The notes below the pieces were generated by a model. The model was not told where the DNA came from. It saw nothing but the letters and a program-made list of their open reading frames with translations, and did no database searches. Made by a program: the position numbers and the translations under genes. DNA of 63,916 nt, the filler included, from Intoshia linei (Eukaryota; Animalia; Orthonectida): the NCBI GenBank assembly GCA_001642005.1. It is 7 parts of 7 records of this genome, joined end to end, with 100 filler letters (N's around TTAATTAATTAA, not from the genome) between each part and the next. Parts side by side here need not be neighbours in the genome. Positions count along the whole stretch, not along the records: positions 1 to 12,979 come from LWCA01001047.1; 6 more parts are not named here. One strand, 5' to 3'. Below are positions 1-13,079 of the stretch, piece by piece. The number at the start of each line of letters is the position of its first letter. Position 1 is the stretch's first letter.

Positions 1-74
1 ATTAATTTGGGGGCCTTTTTTAATGAGTGGCCCTGGGCTACAGCCCATATTGCCTATTCCTTAAAACGGCTCTG
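1..74. mobile_element. Right end of a hAT-type MITE (same family as 17832-18114)
   Basis: ccctgggctacagcccatattgcctattccttaaaacggctctg closely matches the 3' end of the TIR-bounded element at 17832-18114. Confidence 0.75.
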
Positions 75-1059
75 CGCATGATAGCGTTTTTAGTCTAAAT
101 TTGGAGATGCTCGTTGTTTACATACGAATATTTAGTCCACTTTATTTACATTTGATTCATCATCCTTGACAATTTACAATTTTTTGAAATTTTTCTTATT
201 TTATATTTTTCTTAAGAATAATTATTGGTTCAGATGCGAACATTGAATGTGATTTTTTTCATTCAACAGATATATAGGATGATTTACTGATGTAGTGTAA
301 TTATCGTATATTCGAAAAGTTTCTACTAACTAAATCTTACTTTCTATACAAATTTCATAGCTGGGGTAGTTTTCTACACCACGCGAGTAGCAGCGTTATA
401 AATTTAAAATAACGAGAGCGATTACGTGTTAAGTAAAAAATTGTGAATACATATTTCGGTTAATGCAACCATTCTCAACGGGGTCCGTTTGGGCCCAGTT
501 AATGAAATTATCATTAATTATATAAGATAATCGTTGTTAAAAATGTGTGTTTTTGTGTGTAATCATTTATTGTTTTGTGAAAAACTGTCCCAGAAATTTC
601 AAAAACAAACATTCAACTCAGTTTTTTCCGGTGCTAGTCTAGTCCTAGAGTTTAATAAAACTTAAATTTTCATGCAGATTTTAAAATCATAAACATTATC
701 ATCAATTTCAACATCATCAAATCTCAAAATTAAGACAAGATTACACATTTAGTTATCATAATATCGCCATTTTAATACGGTTTTTTTAAAGGTTTGCACG
801 GTTATGTATAAGATTAATATAGAATACTAGTTTGATTGTAACTTTAACTAAACCAATTCCGTAAATCTGGATTTAGACACTAGAATGTATGAATAAAAGG
901 TTCATTGTAACCCATATCAGATCTTTGCCTGCTAAAAAACCTGTGGACAGTTAAATATTTGTACACCTTTGTTTATGTCACGTAATTATAAATTATCTGG
1001 ATTCAATTCTGCTCTTATATCATTATCCTTACATATACACAATTTAATATAATACACCA

Positions 1060-1500
1060 ATATAATATGCTATGCAATATTTGTTTTTTTGTGTGTTACC
1101 GTTTATTTCAATAACTATCACTCTTAGAATTTTATAAAGTCCACATTTCAATTACAGTTTTTTCCGCGGGCGTCAGCAAAATAAATTTCAACCTCCCAAA
1201 CTCATATCTTACGGGTCAAAACCACCAATTACCCTTTTTTTTTAATGAAAACAGCCCTAGAATTTAAAAAAATTTACAGGTGGTACAGTTTATCCTGAAA
1301 ACACAAAAAATTTCAATCTGAATAAGTTACGCCTTCACGATAAAAAAGCATTTTAGTATTCATATATTTTTTTTCAGAAATATTTTATTAAAACAAAAAA
1401 TGTGAAATAATTTAACGGTGCTAAAATTAAAAAAAGATTATTTTGATAGAGCTTATTCGAGTTGATATAAATACAAAATTTCAACCCAGAAATCTACGTG
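1060..1500. repeat. Dispersed repeat family A (copy)
   Basis: Shares the aaaacagccctagaattt and gaataagtnacgncttcacgntnaaaaagcattttagtattcat blocks with 7862-8620, 9950-10900, 39291-39675 (rc) and 61260-61577 (rc). Confidence 0.8.
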
Positions 1501-1502
1501 AC

Positions 1503-1728
1503 ACAGTAATAAATATATACTTCATTAATATTAAATATTGACTTTGGAAATATTTCATAATCAGTTGAATCAAAAAAAATTTGGTTAATTAATAAATATT
1601 GAGTAAATTTTTAAATACATATATAATGTAACATGTCATACCACTTAATGAAATTTTTTGTTAAGGGGCGTTGAAAAAATATACTGCTAAAATGGGTGCG
1701 GTAAACCAAATCAATTTGGGAACCCCTG
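1503..1728. mobile_element. Partial Buster/Charlie-type MITE (family of 49529-49910)
   Basis: Matches about 49698-49910 and ends in ttgggaacccctg. Confidence 0.7.
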
Positions 1729-2210
1729 TACTTTACTGTAGTAACAACAGTATAGTGCATGCTTTTTTCTTATATAATGCATTTCGGATGAAACAATGTT
1801 ACTAATATTAAAATTATTATCATCGTGATTGTAATTTGATGCGTATAAACATATCAAAATTTGCTCTAGTTAAAAAATAATCGCCCTAATGATAATGCTT
1901 ATACTTTAAAGAAAGGATGATTTGTGGTTCTCACTATGAAAACGTAAGTTTCTGCAGCAGAAATTTACGACAATATTAATAATTTTAAAAGGCGTCCAAG
2001 AATTTTTTTTTTAAAAATATAGGCCTTATTTTATTTAAAAAAAATAATAAATTAGGTTTTTGACCATGAAGGACTCAATTTTAAAAAAAGTAATTTGCGA
2101 TAAAACATCACTCTCGAAAATCTGCATTAGAAGTTAATTTTTTTAACTTCTAGAATTGTTAATTTTTAAAATACACGGTAACAGACACACAGATAGACAT
2201 ACAATCTTAT

Positions 2211-4853
2211 TCAAAGGTTTAAAAAATATAAAAAACCTGAACTAAATAGCCTGCATTTCAAATAAACATTTTGATTATAAGAAGCCATCAAAAATTTTGC
2301 AAAAGTTTTTGTAGACAAATCTCGAATAACATGGCATTTAACCCTAGACGTAGGCATGACCTCTAAAATGGTATTATCCTTGAGAAACTCTTCAATCAAA
2401 GTTGCTTTAGAAGAAATGAGTATAGAAATTTTTAACTTTGCACCAATTTGTTGCATTTCAGCATAAACATTTGACGGTGGAATAAAATTGACAAACCCAG
2501 CAGGATAATAATTAACAAAACTAAAATCATCACCATTCTCATCACAGCTTCCTATATTCTTGAAATCAACATGAATAGAGTCCTTGAAAGCAGCATTATA
2601 ATTCCCAGTAAGAAAATATTTTAAAATGCATCCAACAAGAACCAGTTGAAAAGTAATTGGAGAAATACTAGAATCAATAATTGTAAAAAGAGAAAAAATG
2701 AGCATATACTTCCAAAAAATGTCTAAGTTATAGTCAGAATTAAAATAATGGCATTCACTTAAACTTTTTAAAATGTGAATAATAAAGGATTTCAGTTGAT
2801 TAACATTAGAAAAAAAGCAATCATTATTGGATTCATGAAACCGATAAAAGGTGCATAAATATACATCTATAAAACGTGTACATATAAAATGATTTAGATT
2901 CAGATTGACAGGATCGTATTGAAACAGGATTTGTAATTTTGAAAATTTTTTTAAATTTCTGGAATTTAAAAAACAGTACTTTAAAATGTATCGTAAAACT
3001 TTACGATGAACAGTTTCATTTAAATGGGTATCCGAAATTGTATATTCTTGTTCAGTCTTGTAAAAAAATGTTTTTTTATATGAATCCATGAGGAAGGTGT
3101 AATCCTGGCTACCATTAAAAGGTTTCATACATCTTTTAGAATCTTTTAATACCATATTGATGATATTATTGTAAACTTCAAAAAGGTGTTGTCCAGATTC
3201 ATTGTTGTACATTTCATACAAAGAAGTGATGCAAAAAATACTAAATACAGTCATGTCTAGCATAGCAGTAATCAAAATCTTTTTATTTTCAAAATTGAAA
3301 TCATTTATAACATTCATAGAATAATTAGAGAAAGATTCACTATGATACACCATATTTGTTTTAAAATTACATGTATCCAAAAGACCGCATATTAAATACA
3401 AGAGATTTGATTGGTTGAAATTAAATTTTCTTTTAAATTCCTTTAGAGAAATTTTCAAAAAATGTAACAAGGAATCTAAATTTTTCACCTTAACATTTAT
3501 AGATTCTTCATAAGTTCGGCATTTCAGAAAATTTTTAGTATTTGGATCAACATGGCATATAGATTCAATCAAAATGGACCGATAAGCAAAACCAAAAATG
3601 TATGATATATCAATAGGATACGACTTGAAAAGTTCTCTAATACTTTGGTTGACAAGTGCATTTGAAAAGACTTTATTATGAGGTACATTAAATTTGACAC
3701 CGTGTTCATTACATCCAGCAGAAATCAATTTTTTCAATATTGTACCCCTAATAATATAAATAAGATTGGATTTATCGGAACCAATAAAAGTTGACACATG
3801 ATTAGAAAATTTAAGCATTATATTACTAGCAATGTTTTTAGACTTGTAAGAATTGTAAAGTAAATTAAAAATAACATTTTGGTTAACCTGAGAAATGTCG
3901 ACACAATTCACAGCAATCGTATCCATCAATAAAGTCAATATCAATTGTTGAGAAGAGTCACAAACTCCACAAATCAAGTCAATTTTAGAAGAAATTAAAT
4001 GGCGTATCGACGGAAAAGAAACAAAATAAATAATAAACCTGATGAAATGTTCGGAATAAGAGGCAACTGATTTATTTTGCAAAAAGTAATTTTCCAATAT
4101 ATTCATGCAAAACAATTCAACATCTCCACATTCCAAATTAAAACGTGTTAAATCTACATTATTAATATAATTATTATCAACAAGGTAACTAGTCATATTA
4201 TGAGAAAATTTCGTTTTACACACACTTAACGCAATTTCAACTATAAAATAATAATTTTCATCGTTTGACCATACAGGATTACTAAGTAACATGTCTTTAA
4301 AATATGAAATGTAAATTACTCGAAATAAGAGGTATTGGTCAAAATTTACATTTTCAATTAAAAATTTTAGGGCACTGCTTTGAATATCATTTGCGGATAT
4401 ATTATTGAATGCAGTATCTAGAATTGATCGGCATAATAGTAAGATGAGTTTATGATCAATGTTATTTTTTACACTGTTTAAGAAATTTCCAAATGTTCTA
4501 AAATCTTTTTGCTGTTTTTTAGCATCATTTTTTAATGTATTTAAAATTATGATACCAATTGTTAAATTATCTGACATTGTTAAAGTGTCCATTTCACTGT
4601 TGTATATGGACGTTTCACTAGAAAACAGTTTTATTTTTGAATCTAGGCTCTTTTTTAGTTCTTTTAATGGTTCATTCTCTTTTAATGATAACATTGTTGT
4701 TATTAGGGAAAAATCTGTGTTTAATGAACATAATGTAGCTTCATTCAAGTCTTCTATTGTCTTTTCTTTTTTAACTTTTTTCAAATTATCGACAATTTTT
4801 TTATCCACGTCTATTATTTTTATAAAATTTTCTTTTTTTGATTTACGTTTCAT
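2211..4853 (-). CDS. 880-aa intronless protein of unknown function with a basic NLS-like N-terminus; probably largely helical
   Basis: A 2.6-kb uninterrupted ORF is very unlikely by chance in such AT-rich DNA; starts MKRKSKK; no recognised motif; possible extra 3' exon via a donor near 2237. Confidence 0.8.
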   Translation of the reverse strand: MKRKSKKENFIKIIDVDKKIVDNLKKVKKEKTIEDLNEATLCSLNTDFSLITTMLSLKENEPLKELKKSLDSKIKLFSSETSIYNSEMDTLTMSDNLTIGIIILNTLKNDAKKQQKDFRTFGNFLNSVKNNIDHKLILLLCRSILDTAFNNISANDIQSSALKFLIENVNFDQYLLFRVIYISYFKDMLLSNPVWSNDENYYFIVEIALSVCKTKFSHNMTSYLVDNNYINNVDLTRFNLECGDVELFCMNILENYFLQNKSVASYSEHFIRFIIYFVSFPSIRHLISSKIDLICGVCDSSQQLILTLLMDTIAVNCVDISQVNQNVIFNLLYNSYKSKNIASNIMLKFSNHVSTFIGSDKSNLIYIIRGTILKKLISAGCNEHGVKFNVPHNKVFSNALVNQSIRELFKSYPIDISYIFGFAYRSILIESICHVDPNTKNFLKCRTYEESINVKVKNLDSLLHFLKISLKEFKRKFNFNQSNLLYLICGLLDTCNFKTNMVYHSESFSNYSMNVINDFNFENKKILITAMLDMTVFSIFCITSLYEMYNNESGQHLFEVYNNIINMVLKDSKRCMKPFNGSQDYTFLMDSYKKTFFYKTEQEYTISDTHLNETVHRKVLRYILKYCFLNSRNLKKFSKLQILFQYDPVNLNLNHFICTRFIDVYLCTFYRFHESNNDCFFSNVNQLKSFIIHILKSLSECHYFNSDYNLDIFWKYMLIFSLFTIIDSSISPITFQLVLVGCILKYFLTGNYNAAFKDSIHVDFKNIGSCDENGDDFSFVNYYPAGFVNFIPPSNVYAEMQQIGAKLKISILISSKATLIEEFLKDNTILEVMPTSRVKCHVIRDLSTKTFAKFLMASYNQNVYLKCRLFSSGFLYFLNL

Positions 4854-4945
4854 TTTAATTTTCTATTTTGTACAATTTTTGTTAATTTGTTAAATCAATA
4901 AATTTAACTTCCTAGTAAAAAAAGTTTTTTTCAAATTATTTAAAT

Positions 4946-5099
4946 TAGTGACCAGAAAAAATACGTACTATCAATTTCAGTTTATTTGGTGATAAATGTA
5001 CAGCCAAAACTACTTATCTATGATGACTAATAAAAATTTTCGGCTTAAAATTTATTCCAAATAAACTAAAAGTGATAGTACGTATTTTTATGGTCACTT
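4946..5099. mobile_element. About 155-bp palindromic MITE
   Basis: Long imperfect inverted arms (agtgacca..tacgtactatca..agtttatttgg / ccaaataaact..tgatagtacgta..tggtcact) flanked by a tatttaaat duplication; second copy at about 41930-42086. Confidence 0.8.
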
Positions 5100-5149
5100 T
5101 ATTTAAATTATTTTATTTTTGGTAAATCATGGGTTTTTAACCTTTTAAT

Positions 5150-7393
5150 TAGTGATTGTGATTTCCCGGGAAAAAAATTTTAGAAACTTTAATTAATTTT
5201 AGAAACAAAAAGAAATTTAATTAAATAACACGAATCTATAATTAGGAAAAAATTTATTTATTTTAGACTGTTGAAAAAGTGTTTCAAAACACACATAATA
5301 TTGATAGATTCGTCATTTAAACACGTTCTACGTTTTTTAACGAAATATCATATCATATCAATTAAAAGCAGTAGAGAAATATCTTTCATTTTGTGTTGAC
5401 ATAGATTGAACGGTCATAAGGGCTTCCTTTAATTTTAAAAATCTTGATGATAGCGTTCTAGTTCTTTCATATCGATCGAATTCATCATATAAATTGTGAG
5501 AATTTGATAAGATATTATTTAACTTCATACTATCAGAAATAGATCTTTCGAATATATTTATTTCTTTTACACCACATATCTCTTCATTTGAATAAATGAT
5601 ATCTTCTTTAAATAATCGATCTATCTACAAAATATTAATGTTTAACTTTTTGTACACATAGAGAGATCATTGCAGGTTGTTTTCAGTCTAAAATGGTTGC
5701 ATTCATGTAGAAATTTAATAAGATTTAACAGTTCTTTGCTTCTTCTTTTCGTTATTTCACTTTAAAACTTTAATTGTAATTGTTTCGAATAATTTTCATT
5801 AATTGTTTCTAATTCATTGAAAATAAATTGAATGATAGCATCTGCTTTTAATAAGTTCATGTCGGCCTTACTCAATGCCTCGATACCAATCTTAACCGGT
5901 TTTAGAATATTAAAAATTTGTATAGCTACATCTAAATATCCATTATTCCACATAAATGATAAGTTTGGATCATTTAAAGCAGTTATTAGTGAATCCGATA
6001 CTTTCATGAATCGATCCAACATTGTTGTAATACTATTCCATCTCGTCGGGGTATCCAACAATAAATTCAACTCATGGCCTTCTTTCAATGATATGTAATT
6101 TTGTAATATATTATTTTTTATGGAAGATGATCTAAACACTTTAACAATGTTTCTGATTCCATTTAATGCAACTGATATTGGCAATAATTCCGTTCTGTAA
6201 AATATATCTGCATCACTGTCACTTTCGAAGCTAAAATCAGTTTCTGATTGTACGTAAACATAATCTTCCGAATCACTAGAATATAATACAGATAGAACAG
6301 CAAAGGGTATTGCATCATTATAACATTGTTGATGTAAAATTCCGAAAATTCTTTTAAATTTAAACATTACACTGAAACCATCTGTATAAACGCATAATAC
6401 ATCCGTTAAAATATTCAAATTATATTCTAATAGTAATAATAGTTTTTGAGTGAAAAGTTCAATTCAGTTCTTTCAGCAGGACAATTTTCCTGAACTCTTA
6501 TTAAACCTAAGTTGACATTATAGTTGTTTTCATAGAGGTGTACATTAACGTATTTTCGATTCCTAAAATTAGTTCATTCATCAAGGGATATACTAAAACG
6601 TTTACCATCTTGAACTGATTTTTCCATTTTTTCATTAACATATAATATATGTAATATTATATATATGATACTATTCATTTGAAATATGTATTTAACATAT
6701 GTAATATATCACTAGGTTGTTTCAGCAAACCATAGGATAATTTTTTAAATGCCTCTCTTCTAAATTCACTTGTAGTTATTGCCGTAATTGAAAATCTATT
6801 CTTACACTAACTCAGCTACCAATTCCTCCCTGGTTTTAATTTGTTTTACAAATGAATTAATTGATGTTTGTTTCCTTATTTTTTTCGGTTGACATATATT
6901 TGCATCACTTTTTATATTATGACATTGTGAATGTCTACGAAGACCTGAGGTCGAAGATTCACTGCAACATATCATTTTCTTGCAAACCTTACACTCTGCT
7001 TTATCACCTTTACGTTCATAATTTAACCAAATGCTAGATATTTGTTTCATTTTTATAAATGTATTATCGTTTCTGTAATCTGTATTATAATCTATAATAC
7101 ATTTTCATAGTACAGTAATGTTTCGAAATAGTCACATTCGATTACTTAAATTTTAGTTTATTTAGAAACAATTTTAAGCCAAAAATATTTTTTGCAATCA
7201 TAGATATGTAATTTTGTCTTTACATTTAACTCCAAATAAACTAAATATGAATTAATCGAACATAACTAAATCGAGATATCACGGTAATAACAAACATAAA
7301 TCACATACAAGTATGTCTCAATTTTTTTATTCCCGAGAATTTATTAAATACCCCGGGAATTTTATCTTGGTTTTTTTCCTGGCACAATCACTA
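5150..7393 (-). mobile_element. Full-length but defective Ac/hobo-type hAT transposon
   Basis: 11-bp TIR TAGTGATTGTG/CACAATCACTA and 8-bp TSD cttttaat/ctttcaat. Transposase fragments: BED finger (6802-7050; W..C-x2-C..STSGLRRH..H), SISLDE*T, TDG and DTPTRWNS, with stops and frameshifts. Confidence 0.9.
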
Positions 7394-7505
7394 CTTTCAA
7401 TAGATTGGAAACCCTACTATATTGAAATTATATTTGGCACCACCATATATTTATAAACTTAAATTTAAATTAAATACATTTTAAGTATGGTAAATGATAA
7501 TAAAT

Positions 7506-7762
7506 CAATGGGTAGGACACGTTCTTAGATTACCAGAAGATACCCAATGTAGACAAGCTCTATATGAATTTCAAAGATCTACACCTAAATAAGAGGTGCA
7601 CCCATCTGCACCTGGTATAACCAAGTCCTAAAAGAACTTAAATCAAAAGACATTGATACAACAAATTTGAAACTTTTAGATAATGATAGAATAAGGTGGA
7701 GGAACATTGTAGCAAAATTCCATAAGCTGTAGTGTCAACCGAAGTAAACGCAACAAAAAAAA
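7506..7762 (+). mobile_element. 5'-truncated RTE-clade non-LTR retrotransposon 3' end
   Basis: Translates QWVGHVLRLP..RGAPICTW..VLKEL..DRIRWRNIV* with one frameshift, the typical RTE C-terminus; followed by an A-rich tail. Confidence 0.75.
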
Positions 7763-7861
7763 TGATTACCATAAATACATTAAAGCTAAGATTAATAATT
7801 TTGTCACAATAAAATAAACTTTATTGGTAGTATCCTTTGTTGTACGTTTATTCGCATACAT

Positions 7862-8620
7862 ACCGTTTATTTAAAAAATTGACAGTCGTAGAAATTAAAT
7901 AAATCCAATTTCTTGTACAGTTTTTCCCAGGACGTGTGCGCAAACATAATTTCAACATTCCAATTTTACATCTTACGGGTCAAAAACCCCATTTGTCCCT
8001 CTTTTTATAAATTAAACGAGTTAGGGAATTTAAAAAAATATATACGCTGATACGGATTTTAAAATATTAAACATTATCATAAATTTAAATTTCAAAAAAT
8101 TATATCTTCAGGGCCTTAACCACAAATTACTTTTCTTTTTTTAATCAAAACAGCCTTAGAATTTCAAAAAATTAACAGGTTGTACAGTTGTATCTTGTTA
8201 ACACACACATAAAATTTCAATCCGAATAAGTGACGACTTCACGGTCAAAAAAGCATTTTAGTATTCATATATTTTTTTCCAAATATTTTATTAAAACAAA
8301 AAATGTGAAATAAATAACAGTCCGAAAATTAAAAAAAAGGTTATTCTGATAGAGCTTATTCCAGTTGATATAAATACAAAAGTTCAACCCGAAAAATCTA
8401 CGCATTCCCGATGAAAAATAATTTTTAATATATTATCAACCAATATTTTTCAAATATTTCGATTAAAATAAAAATATTGATCCTACAATTTAAAAAAAAA
8501 TGTGAATTGAACGTCTACACATTTCCAATAAAGAAATATGGGTGAAAATTAATATAATTCATCCCTTCAGATTTTATTTCATTGCTACGCAATTTTTCAT
8601 TTTCAAATTAAAGTTTAAAA
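7862..8620. repeat. Dispersed repeat family A (copy)
   Basis: Colinear with 1095-1500 and 9950-10900; internally repeated modules. Confidence 0.8.
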
Positions 8621-8887
8621 TAATTTTGTATTAAATTTTAGTCTAAAACTAAAACAACAAAGTACTACAAATAACTTTATTATTATCATTGGTAAAATTC
8701 AACCAAAATATGTTTTTAAAGTGCAAATTCCGTTTATTATTGTACAATTTAACTTTCATTTACAGGTTTTATCGGTTGTATATATAGTTTTAATTTCCGT
8801 ATCTCGCCAACTTTTTCGAAATACCAAGAATGGCGAGTTATAGAGAGAATACTGTATGTAGTTTAAAGATGATTAATTAATTTTTAT

Positions 8888-9758
8888 TTAAAAATTTAAT
8901 TCAGTTAAAAATTTAGAATTGATAACTTTAGCCTTAGGATTTGGTGTACTTTGAGTTGATTTAGGACTATTCATAGGCACATCTATAAAAATTAAAATGT
9001 TAATTGTACTATAAACATAAATTTACTTGGACCAGATTGACCAGTATCCCTCATGTATAATTTATCATTGCGGTTTGATTTGAAGGACAAAGCATTAGAG
9101 TTTTTAATTATAAATTCATTACCATTATTCATAAGAGACCTGCATATATATTCCGTCTTATACCTTAAATTTGAAACTAAATTCATAACATATGTATAAA
9201 TATAATTAAAAATTAAAATTAAATGAAATACTAAATTTACCATTTTCCAGAAATTTCAATGGTTTCATTTCATGTTTCAAAGCGTGATTATTTAAATTTG
9301 GATTATATAACTTTGATGATGATATGCCTGTGCCAAGTTTTAAAATTTTTTTTTTTTTAATTCTATACAATGCGATTCTTTTTCTATTTAATTTTTTATA
9401 AACAGCAATAATGTCATTATTTTTTCTTTCATTAAATTGTCCCAATACATTGTATATTGGTTTTCCATTTACTTTCTTATTAATAGGATAACCATATTCG
9501 TCATAAACTTCATTTTTATCATAGACAATACTTTGTTCGCCATCATCGTATTGTAATATTTGGTTGACCACTTTTTTGAATATTTTACGATAAAATTTTT
9601 GATGAATAGAATTTATGGCGTATAATGCTCTCTAAATGATTATGTTATTTTTATGAAAATTTATATATACTAATTTTATTGTCTTGTTTGGATATTCTGT
9701 TAAAGTTCCATTGTTTGCCTTTAGTGTATTATTGATTAATGGTTGTGCAACGGTTAGT
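8888..9758 (-). CDS. Spliced gene of unknown function (at least 4 exons; 5' end unresolved)
   Basis: Exons ..EYPNKTIKL|RALYAIN..LEN|VSNLRYK..QSGP|NVPMNSPK..ELNF* joined by GT-AG mini-introns with consistent phases 0, 1, 1. Confidence 0.6.
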
Positions 9759-9949
9759 CTTCAATTATTTTTAGTTTAGTTACAAATGTTAATATACTCT
9801 ATTTATTTTAATGTACGGTTAATATTTTTTATTATGAAATATGAGATAATTTGTTCCAAATTTTGAAAAATTAAATTTGTGTAACTTTAACCGTTGAACA
9901 TTGAATTTATCTTAGTCCATCACTTATATAAAATTGAATGGCAGTGTTT

Positions 9950-10900
9950 GTTGCCTTTTATTAAAAAAAACCAGCAGTTCTAGAATTTAAAAAAACCCAA
10001 TTTCCAATACAATTTTTCTCAGGACGTGTTTTTATCTATTTTTCTGTTTCAGATTTTCAGTCCTTCAGGGGCAAAAACCCAATTTTCGCTTTTGATTAAA
10101 AAACAAATCAGTCAAAAAATTTAAAAAAACATACATTCTGAGGTGCGTTTTAAAATCATTAACATTGTCGTAAATCTCAGCCTCAGAAACGCATACCTTC
10201 ATCGTCAAACCCCCAAATCACCGTTTGTTTTAAAAATAAAACATATCATAAAATTTTATAAAACATAAATTCTGGGATAGTTTTTAAAAACATAAGCAAT
10301 ATAATAAATGGAAACATCAAAAAACTTCATTTTCAAGATCAAAAACCCCAGATTACCCTTCTTTCTTTTTTTTTAAATAAAAACAGCACAAGAATTCTAA
10401 AAAAAATTACAGTTGGTACAGTTGATTCCTGTTAACTTACACAAAATATTTCAATTTGAATAAGTAACGCCTTCACGGTTAAAAAAGCATTTAAGTATTC
10501 ATTTTTTTTTATTTCGAAACTATTTTATTAACATCATTAAACAAAAAATTTGAAATAATTAACGGTTTGAAAATTAAAAAAAAAACGATTCTGATACATA
10601 TTATTCTATTTAATATAAATCAACAAGTTCAAATTCAGAAATCTACGCATTGTTCTTTAATACAAATGCTGGTACACAAAATCTTCCGGTGAAAAATCAT
10701 TTTTAATACATTATCAACCAATATTTTCAAATGTTGGATTAAAATTAAAAATGAAAAAATAAATAATCATCATACAATAGCAAAAAAAATGTGAATTGAA
10801 CGTCTACACATTTCCAATAAAGAAATATGGGTGGAAATCTATATAATTGATTCCTTCGGGGTTTTTTTTATTGCTACGCAATTTCGGATTTTTTTCATAA
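9950..10900. repeat. Dispersed repeat family A (copy abutting the Gypsy remnant)
   Basis: Colinear with 7862-8620. Confidence 0.8.
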
Positions 10901-10904
10901 CTTA

Positions 10905-12979
10905 CAATGATTAGAATCAACTTAACTGATTCAGAAAAAGTCAGGGCGATTAGGGACATGAGACCTCCAACAAATGTTAAAGAAGTCCAAAGATTTTTGA
11001 ATACAACCAATTACCATCGTAGTTTCATCAAAGATTTTTCAGACATTGCAGAACCTCTGAAGAAACTATTAAAAAATACTAAAAAATAGTAAAAATACTA
11101 AATTCTTATGGAATGAGGAGTGCGATATTTTATTTAATAAATTAAAAACAGCTCTTGGTTTAGCACCTGCTATGGCATTATCTGTGTTAACAAAAACATT
11201 CGTTCTCGAGGCAGACGCCTCGGATAAAGGGCTGGGAGTCGTACTTTCGCAAAATAATCGCCTAATTGAATATGCAAGTAGGTCGTTAAACTCAGCTAAA
11301 AGAAATTATAGTACCTTCGACAGAGAATCTCTTGCTGTTATGTATGGAGTTAACAGATTTACATATACTTGGAAAACAAGTTATGATCTTAACGGATCAT
11401 AACCCATTAACATTTCTATCTTTTGCATCGAAATTAACTGTTATGAATCTCAGATGGTTTCTGGATTTGCTAAATTATGATTTTATCATTAAATATTGTC
11501 CAGGTCCCTTAAATAAAATGGCCGATCAGTTGTCCAGGTGTTGTAGTATAATACACGATTCAGATGATCTGGACATAGCATTACTTCAAAACAACGATCT
11601 GCATTGTAAAGAAATATTAAAAAAATTGAAATCTCGAATACCTATATCCAAGTCGAATAAATTATATAAAATAATATATATAATAATATTTTATATTATA
11701 AATCAATTAAATCAGGTAGTTTGATAGTAGCACCTCATGATTTACGGGCAAAGCTCATTTCCAAGATACACTGTGGTCCACAAGCCTGCCACCCAGGAAT
11801 TAGAAGCGTTGTATCAACGTGGGACTAGAAGCTGCGGTTAAAAAGTTTATTAGAAATTGCAAAACATGCAATGAACAGAAAACGGGCAGATGACACCATA
11901 ATGTACCTTTAAAACAACAAAATTCTAATGGATTTAATGATTTTTGGCAACTAGACTTCGCAGGACCTTTCCCAAAATGAAATTACTATAAAAAGTATTT
12001 GTTTGTCGTGATCAACCATTTTTCTGGGTGGCCTGAAATTATTCCAATAGAAAATATGACAGCAGTTAACTGTTATTGAGCATATAAAATATAATATTAT
12101 AGCTCGGTACGGTGTGCCATCACGTATACACACAGACTGTGGTACACAGTTCAAATCTAAATTAGTACACCAATTATGTAAAAATTATAATATTAAAAAA
12201 ACTGACTTTACTCCTTACTGTCATCAAAGTGTAGGACACGTGGAAAGGTTGAATAGAACTATTAAGGACAAATTGAGATGCGTATGTAAAAACGACTTTT
12301 CAAATTGGTGCGAGGTTATACCAAACATTTTAATGGAGTTAAGAAATACACCAACAGAGCGTAACTTTGTTTCTCCGGCTCAAATTGTACTTGGTCGCAA
12401 TATTTCAATACCATTTATACCTCAATCTCTTACAAATGCCAATCGAATACGGAAAGATTCAGTACATACTGCTAAAAATCATAGAAAACTACACAACAAC
12501 TGAGTTAAACGCAATTATGATAAAACAGTACCCAATAAACCTACATACTATTATCAAAATTATATTCCAAATTGGCCTTTTACTGGTAAATTGAAACAAT
12601 TATTTGTTCCACGATTCTCAATTCCTTGTGATAACATATGAGATCCACCTGCGGATATTCCGGATGGTAATATAGATCCACTGTCTAGCAATGAAATAGT
12701 AAAATACAGATTATTATCTCATTCCAGTAATAGTTCAGACATACAAAACGAGGTTAAGTCTTCTCTCCCTACCAGGCGGAGACGTTTTCCTAAAAAATAT
12801 TATGATTTGTATACCAAAACCAATGATGCGGATTCTCCTTAACTGATTAAAAATAAAAATGTATTAACTTCCCCAACACCTCGTACAATAACTGAGGGGG
12901 AGGTCTAGCGTGAAACTAACTTCACTCTTAGTAACGAATTACTATATTATCAATCAAATCATTTTATCTCGTGCATTTT
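10905..12979 (+). mobile_element. Degenerate Ty3/Gypsy LTR retrotransposon (RT connection, RNase H, integrase, PPT, start of 3' LTR)
   Basis: PTNVKEVQRF, FVLEADASDKGLGVVLSQ, YASRSL..NYS, TDHNPL, QLDFAGP, IHTDCGTQF and GHVERLNRTIK across broken frames; polypurine tract gagggggagg at about 12894-12903. Confidence 0.9.
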
Positions 12980-13079
12980 NNNNNNNNNNNNNNNNNNNNN
13001 NNNNNNNNNNNNNNNNNNNNNNNTTAATTAATTAANNNNNNNNNNNNNNNNNNNNNNNNNNNNNNNNNNNNNNNNNNNN
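12980..13079. other. Assembly spacer (44 N + TTAATTAATTAA + 44 N); identical spacers at 39191-39290, 52656-52755, 57756-57855, 61578-61677 and 62715-62814
   Basis: Same 100-nt structure six times; the core has stop codons in all six frames. Confidence 0.97.

Noticed and set aside
2211-2400. URB2/Npa2-like C-terminus in the 880-aa ORF
   Set aside because: Resemblance too weak to support without a profile search
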